A stretch of 64,000 bases of DNA from Octopus sinensis (lineage: Eukaryota), in the NCBI RefSeq assembly GCF_006345805.1, contig NC_042999.1, forward strand, positions 131,626,001 to 131,690,000. Reading direction: 5' to 3'. Both the position numbers and the translations under genes were made by a program. Below the pieces are notes generated by a model, which saw only the letters and a list, made by a program, of their open reading frames with translations, had not been told where the DNA came from and did not search any database. Shown piece by piece: positions 11,930 through 26,349 of this stretch; position 1 is the stretch's first letter; the number at the start of each line of letters is the position of its first letter.

Positions 11930-13410
11930 CAAGTCTTCCGTTCTGACGCTTTGTTTTCCCAGGAGCTGGCCGTGGGGAAGCATGTAGTAGAGAGATCAAG
12001 AACTACCTTGAGGTATTGACCCTGAGATTTGTTAATTGAAATATTAAAACTTAGTTTGACTGGAAACTGAAGCGTCTTAAATTCAAATGGAACATCTGTA
12101 GGTGGTAGAGGAATTTTTGGAATAAAGACATTTTCTCCTTTTTGACTACCTGTTATAATTGTTGCCTCTAAGATATGGAGCCTCATAGAAATAACAGTTA
12201 AGTGAGTTCCATTACACAGGTGAGATGGTGCAAGATTCCTAAGCAATATCATGGGAGCACTCAGTTTTAGCATCAAGTTATGCGATGGCATCCCAGTGGG
12301 TTTAAGTGTGTTCAGAAATTCAACAGGTTATTGAACAACCTGATCTTGATCGACTGTTGTCAATTGATTGAAAAGTCATTTCTGATGTATCTCTTAACTT
12401 TTGAAGAAGTTCATGATTGAGTTTATTAACCATTTCATTAGTTGGAGCCGGTATAGCTCTTTCACATAGCCAGTTTACATCAGTGTAATTGACAGGTAAA
12501 TTAGGAAATACTTTATCTATAAGATCCCCCAGAGAAAGTGTCATTTGAGCGAATATAATTTCATCCAGCTAAAGTCTTGAGATGAATGTTAATATCCTAT
12601 TACCAATCTTAAGAAGATGTTGCATGTAAAATGAAGTTTTTTCACATGTCTCCAAAGTTACGGTTTTTGTAAGCATGCATTGATCTCTCTCATTACAAGC
12701 TTTAGATGGAGCTTGAACATGGAATGAACAGTTCTTCCGCCATTGAGAAGGGTAGCTGCAATACCAGAAGATACAACCCTGGAAGAAGGTTAGATTTCAT
12801 TTCCTCCCATTTAAGATTGCAGGTGAAAGTGACAAAAAGATCTGGTTTTCCAAATGTCCTGACATATATCGTAGCATCTTGTGTTTCTTCGTGCATATAT
12901 CGAGGACTACTTGTGAATGATGATGGGAGGATTATAAGTTGCCCCATGTTTTGAATATCACCATCTGTCCCCAGAGCATATTGGAGATGGACATAATTTT
13001 TAGTCCTTAACTTTTTTTGATTGTCACGAATGTAGAGGAGATGCAGATTCTCAAATTTACCATATATATCAACTAGGTATCGATGAAATAGATCACGATA
13101 TATGTGTAATTGATTTGATTGTCCTAGTCTTAACATCAGTTGGTAAGAATAGAAGCCATTTGACGACACCTTTTTGTTTTTAATTGGCTCTCCTATTGCA
13201 GGTTCAGTCTGTGAAATATTAAAATGATACCCATCTTGTCCATTCCACAAAATAAGAGAATACTGGAGAGAGTGGGATTAGTCTCTGAAATATGTTTAAG
13301 GTTGTTTTCTCGAGCACGAATGAGAATATTACAATTTTCATGGGGACCACCTACCATAACGATGGCTACTTTATTAGATGTGGGCTCATTAAAACGGCTA
13401 AAATTTCCTT
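11930..13410 (-). pseudogene. Helitron Rep/PIF1-helicase relic, internally deleted
   Basis: Rep motifs ILPSSFTSSPRYM and GKPDLFVTFTCN; helicase motifs VVSSGIAATLLNGGRTVHSMF, PTNEMVNKLN, LLRNL..LCNGT and QFPVKLSFNISINKSQGQ; frameshifts and stops. Confidence 0.92.
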
Positions 13411-13939
13411 TACTACAGTCTACTATAGACGTAACGAACGCAGAAACATACACACACTCACACACACACTCACAAGCACATACACACTCATAAACATATA
13501 TATATATCATTTCTATTATGCAAAAGTGTCGCAAGTCCGAAACGTTGCTTTTTCAGAAAAGGGAAAAATAGCTTCACCATTCCATTTCTATTTACATTAG
13601 CAACAGTTTCAGCTTAAACAATAACACTTTGTTGGGTGCATAAAATCGTAACTCCTTGCATGTATGACATTTTCAGTCGGAAATATTTTTGCAAAACTGT
13701 CGTATGTGGAGCTTACTATACTTTTGAAAAATTCTAAACCGTTGTACTACACTTTGACAATTTTCATTTGGAGCAGCTGGAGATACGTTAGCTTGATCAA
13801 AAGAACTGGCAATTGTAAGCAAAATTTGGCCAAATTTTGACATACGACAGATGTGCGTGTGTGTAATTGTCTGTGGCCTAACGTATAAAAATGATCGCTC
13901 ATACAGTCGCACACACATACAGTCTGACATACACTCACA

Positions 13940-14800
13940 TACACATACTAAGACAGACACAGAGGGACATACACCCCAGGTGTGTTTTTGTCTCTTTGTG
14001 TGTGTGTGTGTGTGTGTGTCCCTCTCTCTTTAGATATGTGTGAGTGTGTGTGTGTAAGAGTGTCAGTCGTCATAAAAATGTATGTATAGTCACACACACA
14101 TACACCGTCACATACACACACATATATACTTCTCAGTCATCGACCTCAAGTACGTAACGAACGAGCAAACACACACACACTCACAGATATACTCATATAG
14201 AAAATGTGACGTCGTCGTAGTCGCGGTCGTGATATAAAATGTCGTTTACGATAGTTGACTTATAGAAAGATTAAAATGTTAAATTTTTATAATGCAAATA
14301 TGTAAATGAAAATAAAGTTTATTTGGTAACCGAAAGATTACTGACTATTTTGATACCCCATACGTCACATACATATACTAAGACAAACACAAAGAGACAT
14401 ACATTCACGTATACCTCAGGCGCTTCTCTGTCCCTCTATGTGTGTATTTGTGTGTGTCTCTTTAGATGTGTGTGTGTTAGTCGTCACAAAAAATGTATGT
14501 ATATTCACACGCACATAAATCGTCACATACAGTCACATATACTTCTCAGTCATCGGCCTAAAGTACGTAACTAACTCGCAAACACACACACACAAACGCA
14601 CACACACACACTCACAGACACACACACACTCATATAGAACATGTGACGTGGTGGTGGAGGTGGAGGTATAAAAATGTCGTTTACGATAGATGACTTATAA
14701 AAAGATTATGTTAAATGTTTGCAATGCAAATATGTAAATCAAAATAAAGTTTATTTGGTAACCAAAAAATTACTGAATCTTTTTATACTCCATACGTCAA
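13940..14800. repeat. Diverged tandem duplication (~430-bp unit) next to the Helitron
   Basis: 13940-14370 and 14370-14800 share e.g. acttctcagtcatcg, aatgtcgtttacgatag and aaaataaagtttatttggtaacc. Confidence 0.8.
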
Positions 14801-14843
14801 AATGGGTCACTAAGTTTTCGAATGCACAAGGAACATATGCGTG

Positions 14844-14874
<31 letters not shown>

Positions 14875-14888
14875 ACACACATACACAG

Positions 14889-15280
14889 AGGAGTGGCTGT
14901 TTGGTAAGTAGCTTGCTTACCAACCACATTGTTCCGGATTCAGTCCCACGGCGTGGCACCTTGGGCAAGTATCTTCTACTATAGCCTCGGACTGATGAAA
15001 GCCTTGTGAGCGGATTTGGCAGATGGAAAGAAGCCCGTCGTATATATGTATATACATATACATACACTCATATATGTATGTATATGTTTGTGTGTCTGTG
15101 TTTGTCCCCACCACCATCGCTTGAAAACCGATGTTGGTGTGTATACGTCCCCGTAACTTAGCGGTTCGGCAAAAGTATCCATAGAATAAGTACTAGGCTT
15201 GCAAAGAATAAGTCCTGGAGTCGATTTGTTCGACTAAAGGCAGTGCTGCAGCATGACTTCAATCAAATGACTGAAACAAA
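14889..15280 (+). mobile_element. SINE family A
   Basis: Matches the family A sequence. Confidence 0.88.
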
Positions 15281-15738
15281 AATAACAGAATAGATAAAGA
15301 AATGCATCTTGACTAGTAATTTTAATTCCGGGATTATATTTAACTTCATTGAAACGTACGAATTTTATAACGTATTTTATTTACTCTAGTTTTAATATTT
15401 AATTTCTTCGTCATTAAATGTTATTTTGGTATTCTTTAACTTGCTATAAAATAACTGTTTCTAATTTTGGTACAAAAGCAGCAATTCTATGGAAGGAGTA
15501 CATTCGATCACATCGGGCTCAATACAAGATTGGCATTGTATTTAATCGATCCCGAAGGGATGAGATTCAAAGTTGATCTCGAGGGGATTTGAAGTCAGAA
15601 TGTAAAGAGATGGATCAAATACCCAAAGCGTTTTGTCGATTCTCAAAACCATAAAACCATAAAACCATTTTGCCAATCGATCGTGCTAGCTTTAAAATAA
15701 TAACCTTAATTTCGTACGCACACACATTATTTGTGTGT

Positions 15739-15776
<38 letters not shown>

Positions 15777-16204
15777 AAGTGGGTGCGTGTATACACACAC
15801 ATATAAAAATGTTTGTGTATGTATGCATGTATGTACACATAGGAAATGAGTCAGAAAGAAGACAGCTTAAGAGGGTCAAACTTTAACAAATTAATTTAAC
15901 TCCTCCCACTTTCAACGCAAAAGAATGAGCAAAAGGACAAGAAAATGTGGTTGGAAGGAAAAATAGGATTAGGGACCAGATGGGACTGTGGTTCTGTGGG
16001 GAGTAAGGAAAAGAGGAAGAAGCGTCTCAACTTTCCTAGCTTTTGACCCAGTAGTACATCCAGTATGTGATTACTGAAGAAGAGAGTGGCACACATGCAC
16101 TCGGTTGGAACTCATTTTCACCAGAGTTGAATATACAAGATTTTGACAGTGAGCCGACCGTCCAAACCACTAGGCCACACGCCATCACTGTGTGTACGGG
16201 CGTA

Positions 16205-16273
<69 letters not shown>

Positions 16274-16615
16274 TTGTGTGCGTGTGTGTGTATAATCTAG
16301 GTAAAACCCTTATAGTTCGTTTTCCAAAGCTCATTTTCGGGTATCGGCTTTCAAATGCTGCTATAAAGTAGAACTACTGTCATTGGATATACATGTGGAA
16401 ATCCATAAATATCCGTAGAGTGCATACACAAAATATTAAATACGTGAAAATGGATTGAACAGGCTTTATTACATATTACAACAATTGTTTCAACCCACCT
16501 TTTCAGTGCTGAATGTTACATACATTATTAACAACATTGCGTTAATATCAATCAGCAATAATCGTTGCAAGTAGCAACGAAATAGCCTTGACAAACGAAA
16601 ACAAAACAAATGACT

Positions 16616-16727
16616 TACTATCGGTCTCTTTTTGCCGAACCGCTAAGTGACGGAGACGTAAATACACCAGCATCGGTTGTCAAGCGATGTTGGGGGGACA
16701 AACACAGACAGACAAACACACACACAC

Positions 16728-16770
<43 letters not shown>

Positions 16771-16944
16771 TATATATATAGGACGAGCTTCTTTTCAGTT
16801 TCCGTCTACCAAATCCACTTACAAGGCTTTGGTCGGCCCGAGGCTATAGTAGAAGACACTTGCCCATGGTGCCATGCAGTGGGACTGAACCCAGAACCAT
16901 GTGGTTGGTAAGCAAGCTAATTACCATACAGCCAATCCTGCGCC
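16616..16944 (-). mobile_element. SINE family A (tail truncated)
   Basis: Matches the family A sequence. Confidence 0.85.
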
Positions 16945-16947
16945 TAT

Positions 16948-17846
<899 letters not shown>

Positions 17847-18166
17847 AACTATCCTGTTGTAGTTGATAGATGAATGTTCTACAATTTCCTGCTGAACAAC
17901 CTGGCTTGCTTTTATGATTTGCTTATAGTGATACAATGATTGCGCCGTACCTTGTCTCACATCCTTCACCAAGTCGACATTGCCTGTACAGGTGCACGTT
18001 GAGCCATATGTTAGATATCGAAGTGGTGGCAGAACAACGCGAAATTAAGTGTTTTGTTTAAGGGCACAATGCACTGATCGATCCACGAATCGAACCGCAA
18101 TCCAGCAATTATGAGTGCAACCTCCTATCCACAAGACCAGGTGCTCCCACAGAACACACACAACCT

Positions 18167-18963
18167 GCGTTTCAGAAGTTTTTAGACTTATCCGATGAGA
18201 CATAAGATGTACGAAACTCTAATCGCCGTCAAAGTAGGATCCTCTGGCTTCAATGCACTTGTTGCTGCGCTCCAGCCACTCCGTGAAGGTGCCACAGAAG
18301 TCTTCCAAAGTGAAGGTGTCCTGGACTCTTGTCACAACTTTCTTAATTTTCTCCCTCATCTTCTGCTTCAGCTTGGGGAACGACCAAAAGTCTGAGGAGG
18401 GTGAGGGACAGCTTTGTTGCCCATTTCTGCCATGTAATTGTTTACCAGGACGGAACTGTGGACTAGTGCATTGTTCTGGTGCAAGTGCTCGGGCCTTTTG
18501 TGATGAAATCACTTCATGAACTCCTTCAAAGCTTCCACAAAATGCTTTTGTTGAGGGGACCCAGTGGATGAAGACGATGCTATTACTGCCAAACCAGAGG
18601 TTCATTATGAGCTTCCCGGTGAATTTGCTTTACCTGGTCTCTTGTGCCAGCGAAAGACATACTCGGTTCATACTAGTTAATCTGTAAGCAGTCTTTGGCA
18701 TTTCACAAGTTTCTGTTGCGTTTTTGCCCAGTTTAACACAAAACTTTATTGCATAGCAAGCTTCCAATGGTCCCGACTGCATTCTCTAGTCAGCTGTGCA
18801 AAGTAGTGTTTAGTAGGATGTATTCAAAGTGCTGCTTCAATCTCGAATAACAAATGTTGGCAGGGGCAACTTATTAGACGTACAGTAATAATATACATTA
18901 CAATAATCTAGAACAGTTTCAACTGCTTCTCCTAAAAAAAACGTCTCAAAACTTCTGGAATGC
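18167..18963 (-). mobile_element. Internally deleted mariner
   Basis: TIR-like gcgtttcagaagtttt / aaaacttctggaatgc; remnants SDFWSFPKLK and WLERSNKCIEARGSYFDGD. Confidence 0.75.
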
Positions 18964-19038
18964 ATCTTTATGTATGTATGTATGTATGTATGTATGTATG
19001 TATATGCTGTATCTCTCTCTGTCTCTCTGTATATATAT

Positions 19039-19094
<56 letters not shown>

Positions 19095-19160
19095 ATATCC
19101 AAGTAGACTACACATTTTCGCTACTTTGTAGTTGGTGTTATATTGTACGTACATACACAT

Positions 19161-19203
<43 letters not shown>

Positions 19204-19789
19204 CACACATCAGACAGTAACCTTTGATGTGGTTAGTTTTTCTATGAAACCCTTGTAGTTATCATTTTCCCATTCCCGACATTATATCTACTTTGTCTCG
19301 GAATAAGGGCTGTAAAAGGCAATTGTATTTGTTTAACAACGTACGTTTCTTAGTAGCGAAAATCTACCTTGATTGTTATTTTTACTTATATACATCCTAT
19401 CGTTATAAGACCCTTAAGAATACATATACTGATCTCTCCACATGATTGCCAACATATGCATAAATAAGAGTACTCACCTTCATATGCCGGCAAACATACA
19501 AAGGTATACTTTAGAAATACTAATGTAAACCTACTTTTCCTTTTGTTATAAAAATACATATAAAAGATTTAATTTCATTTCACTACAGACTGCGATCTAG
19601 CCGAGTTAGACAATAGATCCTGTCGGCTCACGACAGCACTTCAACCAAATAATAACGCACCGACTGCGCTCTTTATATGTCTCAAACGATTCGGTGAAGT
19701 TAAAGCTGGATATTTCGTCTACATATTTGTTTTATTATGGTATTATAGTGCGTTTGGTGAACAGCAGCGTCATTCGTTACATATTTGAG

Positions 19790-20602
19790 TACTTCTTCGG
19801 GAATTCTCACCCACTTTCCTATAACTTTTGAACCAGTAATTAAAAAAAAAAATTTTTCAGATTCATATGTTTTCGATAGCGAAGATTATGATCTAGCAAA
19901 AAAAAAAAAAAAGAAATTTTATTTCAATTACCCCCTCCCCCACCTATACTCACCCATTGTTTTTGTTTTGTTTACAGTTGACAAGACGTGCTTTCACGCA
20001 CAAAATGACAGCTTCCGAATCTTGTTTCTGATTAAAAACTTTTATTGAAATTAATTATTTTTTTTTTGCTAAATCGGGATCTTTTCGGTTTGAACGGCAG
20101 TTTTTTCTAGCGGTGTCATATGAAATTGTCACACATAATTATGACCCTAGTATCGATCTATTGCATTTCAATCTATTTTAGGGTTAGGGTTAGAGTTAGG
20201 GGTGGTGGAAGGATATCTTTTTTTCTTCAGAAATGTAAACAAACCCAATCTGTTTCTTAAACGAGGGACATATTCATACGGCACAGAATGTTTTCACCTC
20301 AATAGACGGTCATTGATTGGTTGAAATTGCAGAAATTGAAGAAAAAACAACAACAAATATCTTACAAACTATAGAATTTTCTCAATAAAGCCAAGAGAAA
20401 AAGATGTTTTATAAACACATTCTACCAGTATACAAAGTTTAAAATTTTTTAGTTATCTAGAAATCATGTTAAAAACTGCCGTTCAAACCGAAAAGATCCC
20501 TAAATCGTAATCTCCGATATCGAAAATATGAATCTGAAAAAATTTTAAAAACAATTACTGGTTCAAAAGTTATAGGGTGGGTGGGGGAATTCCGAAGAAG
20601 TA
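19790..20602. mobile_element. TA-flanked MITE with long (~130 bp) TIRs, host of a nested MITE
   Basis: tacttcttcgggaatt...ctataacttttgaaccagtaatt mirrored by aattactggttcaaaagttatag...aattccgaagaagta. Confidence 0.8.
20076..20500. mobile_element. 425-bp MITE, GGGATCTTTTCGG TIRs, 6-bp TSD
   Basis: ~30-bp TIRs; TSD taaatc at 20070-20075 and 20501-20506; sister copy at 53028-53449. Confidence 0.9.
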
Positions 20603-21174
20603 GCCAGATTCGCAATAAACCAAACAATATTTTTCTTACGGAATTTCTGGCGGCGCGAGTTAGGAAGGAATTGCCTGTGCAAACTGGGTAAAACAAATAC
20701 TACAGTGTACGTTTATTCGAAAGCAACGTGTGTGTGTGTGTATATATATTATATATATATATATATAATATTAATTCGAGACAAAACCACTATTTTGCAA
20801 AACAAACAAGGAAAGACTTAATCAATACATAAAAATTTTAATATAAAATAAATAAACCGCCACTTTATGTATACATATATATATATATGTACGACGGAGT
20901 GCTGAAAAGTTCCTGGCTTTAAGGGTATTATGAAAGGCTCGGCTGGAGGCCCAACCTAACGAGTTCTTTTACAGGGTTTAGAAAAAAATGAAGGACCGCT
21001 GCAATAAATGTTATATTTGCATGCGCGCGCGTGTGTAGGATTGGTTTCCGTCTAGTGTCCGTAACCTAAATTCCATTCACAAGGAATTGGTCAGTCCGTA
21101 GCTATAATAGATGACATTTGTTTAAAGTGCTGCACAGTTTGATCGACTACCAAATAACATACTTGAATTGGAGG

Positions 21175-21880
21175 TGTAACGGGAATTGGTTGCTTCTTGC
21201 ACTTTTGGGGTGCAACTCAGGTGCATTCACAATTTCCGTTCCTTTAATTTCCAGATTCTACCAGTCAAAGAACACAAACGCAACAGTAAAAATATATACT
21301 CTTTATTTTTCTTATAACAGTAAGAAATAAGGTGGTATATTTGGTTCCACTTGGTATGGATGTGGCAAGGCTGAAACTTTAACGCTTGTGAGATTTTACA
21401 AGTTCAGCAGCAAACAGAGCTGGTCAAATATGGCGTCCTTAGAGAGCGAAGAAAATACGGTCTGCAACAATTCGGTATCGAGAGCCTTCTGCTGACTGCT
21501 ACGTGTCTCTGGACGCTTTTTGGTTAAGGTTCACGCTCCCTCGCCTCCTGTCAGCTAAAATGCCACATCATCATTTCCTTCTTCCGGTCTTCGCGCATGC
21601 GCGAGAGGGCACTTACCCTCTGTCTTTCCAGAAGGCTCCAACCTCGCACACGCGAACTGAAGATGACGTTGCGCGCGCGCGCACTGTTGGATAGCGTCAC
21701 TACAGTTTCACGAGACTGTAGATCTTCGCCTGGAAAATCTTGCTTTGGTCTAATGAGTAGATCAGCATCTATGCCTCGTACATAGGTATGGGAAATGGCA
21801 GGGTACAGGAACTCAAAGCGGCATTGAAGATAATGATGGATATATTGATGGATATAGCGATGAGTAGGAGGTGAAAAAGC
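21175..21880 (-). mobile_element. LTR-like repeat (distal boundary approximate)
   Basis: Minus-strand end ...CCCGTTACA at 21175 with a subterminal inverted repeat (21178-21188/21230-21240); minus-strand AATAAA at 21302-21307. Confidence 0.3.
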
Positions 21881-22971
21881 CTCGTTAGAGGGTTTGAAAC
21901 CTCATCTTATTGAATTATTTGTAGTGGTTTATAACCTCAGTTGTGTGTTTAAAAAAAAATGTTAAGTAAGAGGTTTTAGTGCCTCCTTTTTGTAAGAGGT
22001 TTGAAACCTCATATTGATTTAAAAAAAAAAGAAAATAGGTTTTCGAAAAAAATCCAATCGGCGGGTGTTGGGTTTCGTCTCTCATTTATTCATTTTATTT
22101 CATTTTCATTCATTAATGTGTTTGTCCAGCCCACAGCTACTCTGTATACTGCCTTTATGGCAAATAAAATGAAATAGAATAGAACAACGTCTGCTGTAAC
22201 TCTAGAAACCCATATGTGGATGACTGTCCCGGTCGCAGAGATTACCTTTGAAGGCGCTGTATACTAGCCTACACCTGGTGTAGTTTTTCCTTTTACTTTT
22301 CTTCATCAGCAAATTTACTTTTCTTTACCAGCAAGCCTTAGTTTCTCGTCTTATTCTTTTAAACCTTTGTTTAATTACAGTCACCAGCGGAAGCAATCAT
22401 CAGAGATATCCTCTCACATTTTAAAGTTCATGTGAAGAAACTTCATGTAACACTCGCAGACAACTTTGAAACGAAGATGGGGGTCTATTACTGTGCTCAC
22501 TTAATGGAATCCAGTTTACCATGCAGCAGATATTTTGGAATTTTCCCATTTGACAGGCAGTGTACATGGCTCAATCAAAGGAGGCATCATTGTTGCAGTA
22601 AAATGAGGAGGCTGAGTATTTGCGCGCCAACAGGAGCTCAGTTTTGGTGACTACGTCAGTCTACTGCGTCATCAGAAATCGTTTCAGGCTGTGTAAGCGA
22701 GCAGACGTTCCAGGTCCCACTGCAATAGAGCATATACATATACACACAAAGTATGTATATATGTATGTCTGTATACAAGAGAAATAAGGATAGACATAAT
22801 TTTAGTTCCTTACATGCACTTTTCTATTATGGTAGCTTGGGGCCCTGAGGTAGGTGTTCCAACTGTATTTAAGTGCTCAACTACAGCCGGGTCATCAGGG
22901 AACACTTTGTCGTATGTTAAATGCACATTTCTGCTTCTTCGGGAAATAAATATATATATATATAATATATA

Positions 22972-23021
<50 letters not shown>

Positions 23022-23031
23022 TATATATATA

Positions 23032-24047
23032 CGAGGTGTCTATAAAGTCTCTTTATAATTTCAAAAATTTATTACAAAGGCAATTGATGGGATATGTTTA
23101 TCAGTTTTGTTCTATGGACTCAGTGGTTATCAAAGTTTTTAACCACATTGCATTTGTCTTCTTCAGGTACCCAATTGATGGAAAATGTTCTGTTAAATGA
23201 AACTCTAAAAAAAATGGCTACCCTTCAAGAAAAGGCACAATGTGCTTCGTGGTCTATTGAAACAAAATCGGACACGCAAACCCAGCGAAACTGCAGGATT
23301 AATTAAGGAAGACATCTACCGTCACGTTCCTTACCCGAATTCGTTTTAGTGATGAGGCAACCTTTCATGTTTCAGGGAAACTGAACACATAATGTGAGGA
23401 TCTGGAAATCAGAACACCCCCATGTGACTTAGGAACTTCACCGAGATAGACCAAGGGTGAATGCCTGGTGGGGGATGATGAGCAATCAAATCATTGGTCC
23501 ATTTTTCTTTACAGAGAGATCAATTTCAGCAAATGTTTGCCATGACCTTTTGACTGAATACGTGGTATCACAACTTGATGACTTTCAGCCAACCATCATT
23601 TTCCAGCAGGATGTGCACTACCACATTGGGGATTGCATGTTCGTGGGTTCCTAAATTAAACATTTTCAGGCAGGTGGATTCTCTGGCCACCTCGTTCCTC
23701 GGATAATACTCCCCTGGACTTTTTTCTATGGGGTCACGTTAAAGACATCGTGTATCGAACAAAGATATGGGACATCAGCGACCTGAAGTCATTGCCACCA
23801 TTGGAAAGGCTATGCCATTGCCACCATTGATAAGGTTATGCTACAACCAACATGGCATGACATTGATTACCGTCTTGATGTGCTTCGTGCAACTAATAGT
23901 GCTCATATAAAGATGTATTAAATGAGGCAAAACAAACTTCAATATCTTCACCTCATTTTGTAACAATTTCCACAGATTCATTTCCACAGATTTATTTGCT
24001 TTTGTAATATATTTTTGAAATTGTAAAGAGACTTTATGGACACTCTG
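23032..24047 (+). mobile_element. Decayed DD41D-like (rosa/Visitor-type) Tc1/mariner element
   Basis: TIRs gtgtctataaagtctcttta / taaagagactttatggacac; motifs FSDEATFHVSG, IIGPFFF, FQQD and WPPRSSD.TPLDFFLWG; D-D spacing is 35 as written, 41 inferred from an apparent deletion. Confidence 0.8.
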
Positions 24048-24088
24048 CATACACATACACACATACATACACACATGCGTGCATGTAG

Positions 24089-24169
<81 letters not shown>

Positions 24170-24546
24170 TGTGCGTGCGTGTGTGTAAATACTTATGTTT
24201 GCTGAGACTGAATCTAATGAACTATAATCCTGTTTAAAAATAAGATTCTATTTTAATCCAATGCAACTTCTTAAATATATTAAGGTCAGATCAAAAATCT
24301 ACTTGACAGAATATTAACCACCTAGTATGTCACTTAGCGAATCTCTATGAAAATAGAGGACAGATGTAATACGAAAGCAGTTTACATGAAGGTCACCTGG
24401 TTTCAAGTTTCATCTCACAAAACTTCTATTGATAATTCAATGAATTCCCCAATTTAGTCTCACGAACCACTGCTAATTTCTCAGGACTTGAAACACGCAC
24501 GCTCACGCATTCACACACGTAGGCACACATACACACACACACACGC

Positions 24547-24587
<41 letters not shown>

Positions 24588-24753
24588 GTCTAGTAGTTAG
24601 CCTAACGTTGCAGCCAACATTGTCTGCCTATAGTTTATTTACAGCAAAAATATGAATCGACAGAGAAATTGAACACACAGATGTTTATACTATTCAACCT
24701 TATATCAGCTCCGATCAAGAAGACCTATAAGCCGAGAGTATTTCAGCTTTGAC

Positions 24754-25330
24754 TACCGTAAATCCTCGAGTATAATCCGCATTTTTTTCCCAAAAATTTA
24801 AAGGTCAAAATCCCTAGTGCGTACTATATAGGAGGTTAGAAAGGAAAAATATTTTCTGAGCAATGTTCGAGTCTCTATTTGCTGTCCGGCAATGTTTATT
24901 CAGACGCATTTTGTGATGTTTAACTTTAATTATTTTTAGTAGTGCGGCTCACCTCTCAAAAAGGGTTGCCCATATCAGGGTAGAAGTTTCCTCATTGATT
25001 CGTCAGCCGTTTCTTTCGAGACATAGTCTTCAATTGATAAGCTTGATCTTGTTTGTGTCGTCTTCCAAACGAAATAATTCTATAAGAAAAGAACATATTT
25101 TTTTGCCTAATTTTCTTGATTCAGAATTACTTAACATTCTTCGACGAATGAATAACTATAAACTATCAACAGCTGTTTCATTGGTGACAACGTGGTTGAT
25201 TTATTAAGAAATACTCTTTGCAAACTCGACGCCCGAGTTGAATCCAGTTGTGTCACATCCTCGGCAACTGTATTTTACTATAGTCTCGAGTTGGTAAAAC
25301 GGAAAGTTTGCAGAATCTTATCGTATAGAT
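24754..25330. mobile_element. pogo/Tigger-like non-autonomous fragment (end approximate)
   Basis: Terminus taccgtaaatcctcgagtataa; similar terminus at 57543. Confidence 0.4.
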
Positions 25331-25356
25331 GCTTTTTTTAAAGTCTTATCTGTTAT

Positions 25357-25732
25357 TTTTTCAGTCATTAGACTGCGGTCATGCTGGGGTACCACTTTGA
25401 AGAGTTTAGTCGAACAAATCGACCCCAGTATCTATTTTTTAAAATCTAGTTCTTATTCTATCGGTCTCTATTTCTGAGCCACCAAACTACGGGGACGTAA
25501 ATAAACTAACACTGGTTGCTAAGCGATGATTGGGGAAAAACACAGACACTAAGACACATACACACACACATATATTTATACAACGGGCTTCCTCACAGTT
25601 TCCGTCTACCATAGTTACTCACAAGGCACTGGTTGGCTATAGTAAAATCACTTGCGCAAAGAACTGCACTGTGGAACTGAACCCGAAACCACGTGACTGC
25701 AAAACGAGTTTGTTAGCCACACAGTCATGCTT
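25357..25732 (-). mobile_element. SINE family A, diverged
   Basis: Matches the family A sequence. Confidence 0.8.
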
Positions 25733-26349
25733 GTATATGTAATTAAATAGCCAAGCACGGATTCTACTTGAAAATTATGTTAAGGGTACACGTATCTGTG
25801 GAATATTCAACCACTTACAGGTTAATTCACTGAGCTGGCAGCTCCGTAGATCGGTCATCTGAATCTTCATAATCGATACTGGGGACATTTCATTACCGTA
25901 CTTGATGGCATAAAAGACACACAGACATATTTGACGCAGCCCAATTCCAGCAGCGCATTTTCAGAAAAAAGGGAATGTCAGGGACAAAATTAGCTGATGG
26001 GACATTCAACTTCGTAAGGCATTTTTTTGGGTAGGGAGTGTGTCTTAATTGCCATAAAATACCATATATAAATATGATTGAGTCAATCATGTGATTGTTG
26101 TAATCATAATAACTTAGTTATTCAGTTAACAAGGAAGTTTCTTGTCGTGGTTCGACCTACTTGAAATAATCAATTTTCCTTTAAATCATACACTACCATC
26201 ATCATAGAAAGAAAGGGCATATTGAATAACCTAGTCTTGTAAACAACTTGTGCGAGAAAAGAGGTGGGTTGATCATGGCGGAAATACCTTTGTTCATTGG
26301 TCTGTATATGCAAGAATGACCTGAGACTAAACATGAACGACAATTGTTA

